Program-made: the position numbers and the translations under genes | In this document: piece after piece, positions 54,512 to 64,000 of the stretch | Numbering within the stretch: the stretch's first letter is position 1 | How the letters are laid out: the number at the start of each line of letters is the position of its first letter | Notes under the pieces: generated by a model | Seen by the model: only the letters and a program-made list of their open reading frames with translations | Databases searched by the model: none | What the model was told of the DNA's origin: nothing | Origin: Tubulanus polymorphus | Taxonomy: Eukaryota > Animalia > Nemertea | DNA length: 64,000 nucleotides | Reading direction: 5' to 3' | Assembly: GCF_964204645.1 (NCBI RefSeq) | Contig: NC_134035.1 | Span: 11,502,451 to 11,566,450, forward strand

Positions 54512-57240
54512 TTTCGTTGCCTAGAATTTGAATTAGGTTAAGTTTATTGCTCCGCAATTAGCTCAGAGCAGAACAAAGAAATCAAAAAGAAAAAAGAAAA
54601 AACCCAATACAACGTGTAGACATACGGCGAACATGACATATATCAATAAAATGATTGCAAACCTTTTTTATCGCCAAATTGAGAAGGGGTGATATTGAAT
54701 ATATTAGCAATTTGGTACTTAAGAGAATCCCAAATTCTGAATATTCAACTGTTGATTTCATTACAGGTTTAAAGTAATGCTGCTTCAAAAGAAAAACTGA
54801 TATAACTATAGCGCAAAGCAGCGATAACGGGTTTTCTGCATTGCTAGGTTGGATGCCATACTAGATTTTGTCAAAATAGGTCTTATCATTGTGTAAGAGT
54901 GAGATCGAAAGTAATCATACATTCAATGAATATTACATATGTTCATAAAATACGATTAATTTGAAGTCAATTAAATGATACGCTGTACAAAATACTGATA
55001 ATTATTTTCAAATACTAAATTTCGTCAAAATTAGTCTCATAAGCTTGATGCGGTGAAAATAAAAGTGTTGAATTCGGCGTTTGAATTTTTTCCCTTTTTA
55101 TCAATTGGCTCTTAGTGAATAAATATTTCGTCAGACAGTGTACAATATTTCAACACAGGGCTTACCATAATCACTTCTCCCGACGACGTATTCGACTTTC
55201 AAAATGGAAATAACTTTTCGAGCAAGAAACAGCAGACGAGTGAATTAAAACACAATGCGATATTTTATACGTTGTAAATAAAAACATTACCATGCATTAT
55301 GTTTGCTCAGCTAGACATTGAATAAAACTTATGATATTTTCTAAGCTGAATCGATGCGCATCCGGCATCTCAAAATCGATCCATGCGAAACACTATGTTC
55401 ACTCACAGAGCCCTAACGGAGGTGACATGGTGAGAAAAGCATTTTTTTTTTCGTTGGGAACAAATATTCTTTTTGTTGGAACGAAATATGTTTTGGTGGC
55501 CACGAAATAACCCTTTCGTGGGATGGAACGAAAAGATTATTTCGTTTCCTAAAAAAACGCATCACCTCCGTTGTTCCATACTAGGTATATGGTTTGGTGA
55601 ACGGCAAAATAGTCGAGAAAATAATGGCTAAGGTATACAGAGGAAAAATAGCGGCGAAAAATGTAATTGATAGGTGCAAAGTAGCGACTTCAAGTCTGCT
55701 TTATTGAAATGATGCAGAAAATAGAATTAGTGTCTATTGTCGGTATTCGAACGTAGTGATGCCTGGCACCCGGAACTCGTTTAACGTAGTATTCAGTATG
55801 TACGTAGTAAGAGAATATACAGCAAAGTTAAAATTCACTTATAATTCATGTAAACACATATTTTATTTATATTTTTTATTCTTTAATATTAAAATATCAG
55901 TATACACTCCGCTCATTGACTGGTGACGTTTATTCAGCGAGCCGAAATTGCGTAAAAGAAACCCTTCAGTTCAGCAGGTGACTGGTGTATACTTATTTGC
56001 TCTTCAGTTCATGATGGTTAGAAATTTCAGTAACCAGAACCTTAAGTGCGACAGGTGACTAAATATTTTTCTCACTGAATTTCATTCAACGTTGAATTGT
56101 TGATCGACGCGTTCTGGAGCCTTCTATTCCAGTGGTTTATTGAACTATTGGACTATTGAAACAAGCTTCGATTTGACGGTAATCATTCGATCACTCTGAT
56201 GGATCTTTCCCGTATACGGTATACGAATAACAACGACACGACTATAAGACCCGCTCATATACTCATATACTCCTATGTTAGGGAAATATCCCGAGCTATA
56301 TTTGCGCATCGTATGCTTATCTCACAGAAAGTTAAACACTCTCGGCCGGACGCATGTAATAGGTTGCCCACACTACAAAAGAATAATCTTAAACTGCTCC
56401 AACAACGTTATACATATTGCAAAGAATATTATTCAAATTACAGAAGTGAGCAGTATGAACTATTTTCAAGTCAACTTCCCGAGCACCATCTAAGCCATTA
56501 TTCAAATCTATGGAAATCTTGAAGCTTGACGACTTGATCAAACTGGAATCTGTTAAAACTGGCTATAGATATACATTAAAACTAAAGTCTACTTATTTTC
56601 GATTGTCCTCGATCTTTTTGGAATATTTCGCTTAATTCTCGGCGTACATACCTCAAATAGGTGTTAATCGAATCAGTAGAGTTGTGTAGTCAGATCAATC
56701 ACTGTTTTTATATCCAGTTTGAACCGATTTGAAGGATTGATAAATATTCTCGAAAATTAAGTTTTAAATCGGCGAGAACTACTCAATATTTCGTAATGCT
56801 GAGTAATATCTGTTTATTTCTGTAATAAGTAATCTATGTTTTTCAGTAATTAGCAATCCTTGTACCCATGAAAGAGCAGAAAACTCAGAAAATATTTCAA
56901 CTATTGATGATAAGTATAGAATTTTGCCGAAAGAGTAGTCGAAGTCGAATGTATTCCACTCCGCGGATGGAAAGGTGCATCCTGATGATCACTGAAACTC
57001 TTCACCGACGAAACAGTAAACAGTTCAAACAACCCGTTAATTAGATTATTTATTTACTCGCAGATTTATTGAATCTAATCATAACACGAGATCTGACATC
57101 CGAGTTACAAATATAAATTCGATTTGAGCTTTAGTTTAATGCGCAATAGTTACGACAAAGGTTCGGTTTCATAATCGGATATTTCCCAAATCACCACAAA
57201 TATATCCCATTATGAATTCTTATCACCGACGATTCGGTCA

Positions 57241-58151
57241 CTAAGAACACAATTTCGCGGGACAACTACGGCTGCAACAGTCGTTATCATGACTACAGAT
57301 TCCGCCGGCATCCTTGCAAGCTATATTTCAGTTTCAAAGAAAAAATGAAATACAAAATAGAATTAATTTTGAAATGAAAAGTATTAACTGTTCATGTGAT
57401 TATATGCATCATGGTTTACGAAAATAAATTATTATTATTATTATTATAAACAGTTATCAATTATCTTAGATTGAAAGTAAATAAATGAACCCCCAACCCG
57501 GTTGTAGGACCGGTGATGATCCCGACGATGAGGATGATAGATGCCCCTTCGTCCATGTCGACCATTCGTACAAACAAATATATACGGTACAGGAGTTTAG
57601 GAAATACATATGGTGGCTGATTAGTATGGTGGCTGATTCGGGCCACGTACAAAAATCACAAATGGTGCAAATCTTTTTTTTACACACGCCTAAAAGTCGT
57701 TATAGCTCGATAAAACGAAAATAAAACGATTTCGTTTTATTGCCGCATTAAAACGAAAAATAGCGCGATAAAACGAAAATTTCCACGTTAAAACGAGAAA
57801 AAGTCGTTTTATCGCGCGATATTTTTCGTTTATTGCCACGTTAAAAGATAATTGCGACCTTTATCAATATTACTTAAGAGGACCCAACAATACGGCACAA
57901 AAGTACCCAACAAAATGGGCTGCTAGCAACTGTAAAATGGGCTTACGAAGTGCCGACTCATAGTATGAACGTAACTGGCTGTGCAAGCGCCGTATTTTGG
58001 TGAATTCGGCAACAGCGAAGTACGGTACTTCATAAGCGCCGTATCTAGTGTGATATTATTCTCCAAGGAGATACTCACTATGTGGATTATACGCAACACT
58101 GAGCACAATCACAACAAGAGCACATGCACGATATATCACAACAGAAAGCAT
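57241..58151 (-). CDS. Secreted knottin (ICK) peptide precursor, copy 2; exons 58151-58079 and 57320-57241; MLSVVIYRACALVVIVLSVAYNPHT-CKDAGGICSHDNDCCSRSCPAKLCS
   Basis: Same exon structure, splice sites, phase and Cys framework as copy 1; AATAAA at 57065-57070; upstream donor near 58656. Confidence 0.8.
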
Positions 58152-60730
58152 TTTCAACACCTAGAATTTAAATTCAACATATTAGCGATCTGGCATTTTG
58201 GGGAATCCCAAATTCTGATTATTCAACAGTTTTCCATGGACGCTCAGTGAATAAAACTTTTGTCCTCAGATGATGTAAGGCTTACCAGGTTCAGACAAAA
58301 CTAACTGATAATGAATTCTAAATTTCGTCAAAATTAGTCTCAAAAGCTTGTAACAGTTATAATATAAGTGATGATCAATTTAGTGAATAACTTTTTGTTC
58401 GCAATATGAAATTAATTTGAAGTCAATTAAATGATCTCTTTACATTTTGTAGTCAGTGTTTCTCTGGGCCTGAGTGCGGGACGGTCGTGTCGCTTGCGTT
58501 TGGTATCTCAGGAACACGGGAACAAGACTCTTGTTTCGACGCGTAATATAAATAGCCATTATGAATTCATTTCTTGTCTTTAGACAAGCGCGTTCTTTTT
58601 TCAATAAACATTGTGTCTATCGGATAGTGTACCAAAATTTCATTGACTTGACTTACCTAAGTCTCTTCTTCTAACGTATACAATTTTCGAAATGAAAATA
58701 TCTCGTTTTCTCGAGCGAGAACAGTCGACGAATGAATAAAACATGCGATATATATCTTATACAAATGAATTGGAAAATGTAATATGATTGCACAGCTAAA
58801 TATTGATTGAAACTTATATGGAGTGTTTTTTTTCTAAGCTGAATATCGTTACGCACCCGGCATCTGAAAATCGATCCATGCGGATCACTACTCTCACAGA
58901 GCCCCATGTTACGGAGGTGACATGGTGAAAAATAAATTTCGTTGGGTTTCCATGAAAATATCATTTTCTTCCCTAAAAAGAAAGTATTATTTTTCACCGT
59001 GTCACCTCCGGGGCTTTGTACTAAATGTTAAGGTTTGGTGAACGAAAAAATGGCAAGGAAATAATAAGAAGATTGAATTAAAAAATTTAGCTGCAAAACA
59101 GCGAATACAAGTTGTCTGCCTAAAAACGTGAAGACTTAATGTACAAAATAAAGAGAGTTATTAGAATGAAAGTAGAATTAGTGTTTATTGTCGGGATTCG
59201 AACCTGATGATGACACTGGCACAACTTCTTTAACATAGTATTATTTCCACTCCCAGTTGTGCGGACATACTACAGAAATAACCGGAACCTCCCAAGCGAT
59301 GAAACCAAACACCACGAAAAGACACTACCAAAACACCAACACAAACCCATAAAACCCGAACCCAAACCAAAAGATGAAAGCCGGCCCTGGGGGACTGAAC
59401 TCCCCAAATCACTCAAGATACTATATGACACGCTTAGGGAACGTAAGCTTTGGCAATAAGTTAGTAGTTAGTTAATGAAATGATATATATGATATGATTT
59501 GATATGAATATGTCTGTATGCAATATTACGCTTTGCTCATCGATTGGTGACGTTTATTCAGTGAGCAGAAATTCGTAACCAAAACCCTCAATTCGACAGG
59601 TGACTGATGAAAATTTTTATGCTCTTCGATTCACGATGATTGATCATCGGGCAGAACTTAAACCTGAACCTTTAATGCAACAGGTGAATAAATATCCTTT
59701 CTCACTAAAATCTATTCAACGTTGACGAGTTCTGGAGCTCCAGTGGTTCCTCGTGACTAATGAAACAAGCTTCCATTTTACGTAATGTTGCAAAAGATAT
59801 CTAGGCACATAGTAGTCCGTAACCTGTCTGTGGTTTAGTTTCACGATCGGATGTTCACAACTAAACCACACAAGTGATCCGCCGGACAGTACCCATTGAT
59901 TTAAACCTTTAAAAACATAGACAAGAATAACACGGCGGTTTTGACGATAGAGTTGAGTATAATACGATAATAATATAATAAGTATTGCCGGTTTCTCTCA
60001 TACCGGTCCGGTACCATACCATAGCCCTCAGAGTTACCATACCATCGATCTATAGGGCCCGCCCGCCCTGTGTGTGATTTTACACTCGCTCCCCATTCCC
60101 GCCAAAGTTTGGATATCTAAGGACCGTCGCGAAATGGATACCTTTACTTGTATATTATCGGAGCCGACCGTTTTTCTGTTTTCACTGGAACCCGGAAATA
60201 AAAGCTGTCAAGTCGGAGCACAAACATTACAGTTTATAAACTCACGTTTCTCGTTTTAATAGAAGCCGCTTATCTCTTATTTGACCAGTATTGCAGCGCA
60301 AATGTAGAAATGTATGTAAAGCGCCATATGATTTATTTTACCTATCGTCTTCAAAGTTAGGCACCATAAACGCGATGACATGACCAAAAAAGTCAGAATT
60401 CTAAAAAAATCATCCACAAAAAAATGAAATCGGGACAGGAATGTTTTATTTATTATACCAATGTGGCATTATAATAAGTTAAACGCTATCGTGTGGACCA
60501 ATTTGATTTTCAATACATTTTAACTACCGGTATTTTGGCCTTTTTTTCATGATGTGGGATTTCTGTCTATTATTTGATTCTAATAAACTACATTGTAAAA
60601 CACTAGATCATTAAAAACTAGGGCCCGACCTAATTTATAGTCAAATCCAAACTGTTGAACTGGGTAACTGTCACTATTTTCCTATGCAGTAGGTGGTTGA
60701 GTATGGCCATCGACCCGTGTTACTGGTGAT

Positions 60731-60964
60731 ATGGTGTCCTGGCGAGTGCTGCAAGTTTTCTGCCAAAAATGCCAATCGTTACTGCTCACGTATCGCAAAG
60801 GCGGAAAGGGTCACCTACGAAAATGTTACGATCATAAAGTGATCGAGAATTTCACGAAGATTCGCGGCGTCTGCCCGAACTGCGGAACCGAATTCGGCAG
60901 AGATACGATCATTAAAAATCGTTCGGCCGTGAAGATTATCGGAGGCAAGGTGTTCTGGAAGTGA
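60731..60964 (+). CDS. 77-aa basic zinc-ribbon-like protein (CQKC ... CPNC), unknown function
   Basis: Intact ORF, good ATG context (GATATGG), coding-like GC/CpG content versus AT-rich flanks, two CxxC pairs. Confidence 0.75.
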   Translation: MVSWRVLQVFCQKCQSLLLTYRKGGKGHLRKCYDHKVIENFTKIRGVCPNCGTEFGRDTIIKNRSAVKIIGGKVFWK

Positions 60965-60984
60965 GCGGATTTTCCCTGAATATC

Positions 60985-63819
<2,835 letters not shown>

Positions 63820-64000
63820 GTATGAGGTTTGCTCATTCAAATGACCTATCTGTCAGTCTTAATGAACGAGGTTGAACAAATCAACCAACATGTTAACAGC
63901 ACATGAATCGAATATTTGCAACCGGAATTCTAGAGTATGAACACAGCATCTCCGCGGTTCTGTGGAGCTACATTTAGATCAGCTGCGAATGTTGTCGTCG

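Larger units (their letters stand above)
53440..59780. repeat. Diverged direct tandem duplication, about 53440-56180 versus 56785-59780, each copy carrying one knottin gene
   Basis: Collinear matching blocks, e.g. 53444/56786, 53835/57159, 54092/57496, 55018/58318, 55340/58832, 55911/59535, 56158/59762. Confidence 0.9.

Noticed and set aside
59259-59459. Lys/Pro-rich ORF
   Set aside because: Non-ATG start, low complexity, absent from the paralogous copy; likely an inserted repeat fragment

Overview
AT-rich, intron-rich animal (invertebrate-like) genomic DNA; most ORFs in the supplied track are spurious or exon fragments. Gene models were built by hand from GT-AG sites and reading frame. Genes, in order: 3' half of a plastin/fimbrin gene (+), AATF/Che-1 (-, 13 coding exons), an intronless MICOS MIC26/27 (APOO-family) ORF (-), an MFSD4-family transporter with a large mucin-like loop (+), kinesin-2 subunit KIF3B (-), and the 5' part of RECQL/RECQ1 helicase (+). 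Four things stand out. (1) A ~3 kb tandem duplication between KIF3B and RECQL, each copy hiding a small spliced gene that the ORF track misses: a signal-peptide exon plus a C-C-CC-C-C inhibitor-cystine-knot peptide exon, a toxin/defence-peptide architecture. (2) A 77-aa CxxC/CxxC zinc-ribbon ORF apparently in the same exon as the RECQL start codon (candidate bicistronic mRNA). (3) Short palindromic retro-elements carrying minimal hammerhead-ribozyme cores and 7-14 bp target-site duplications. (4) A 91-bp satellite array enclosed in a foldback element. Many MITEs (Harbinger-, piggyBac- and Tc1/mariner-type ends) and a tRNA-derived SINE are also present.
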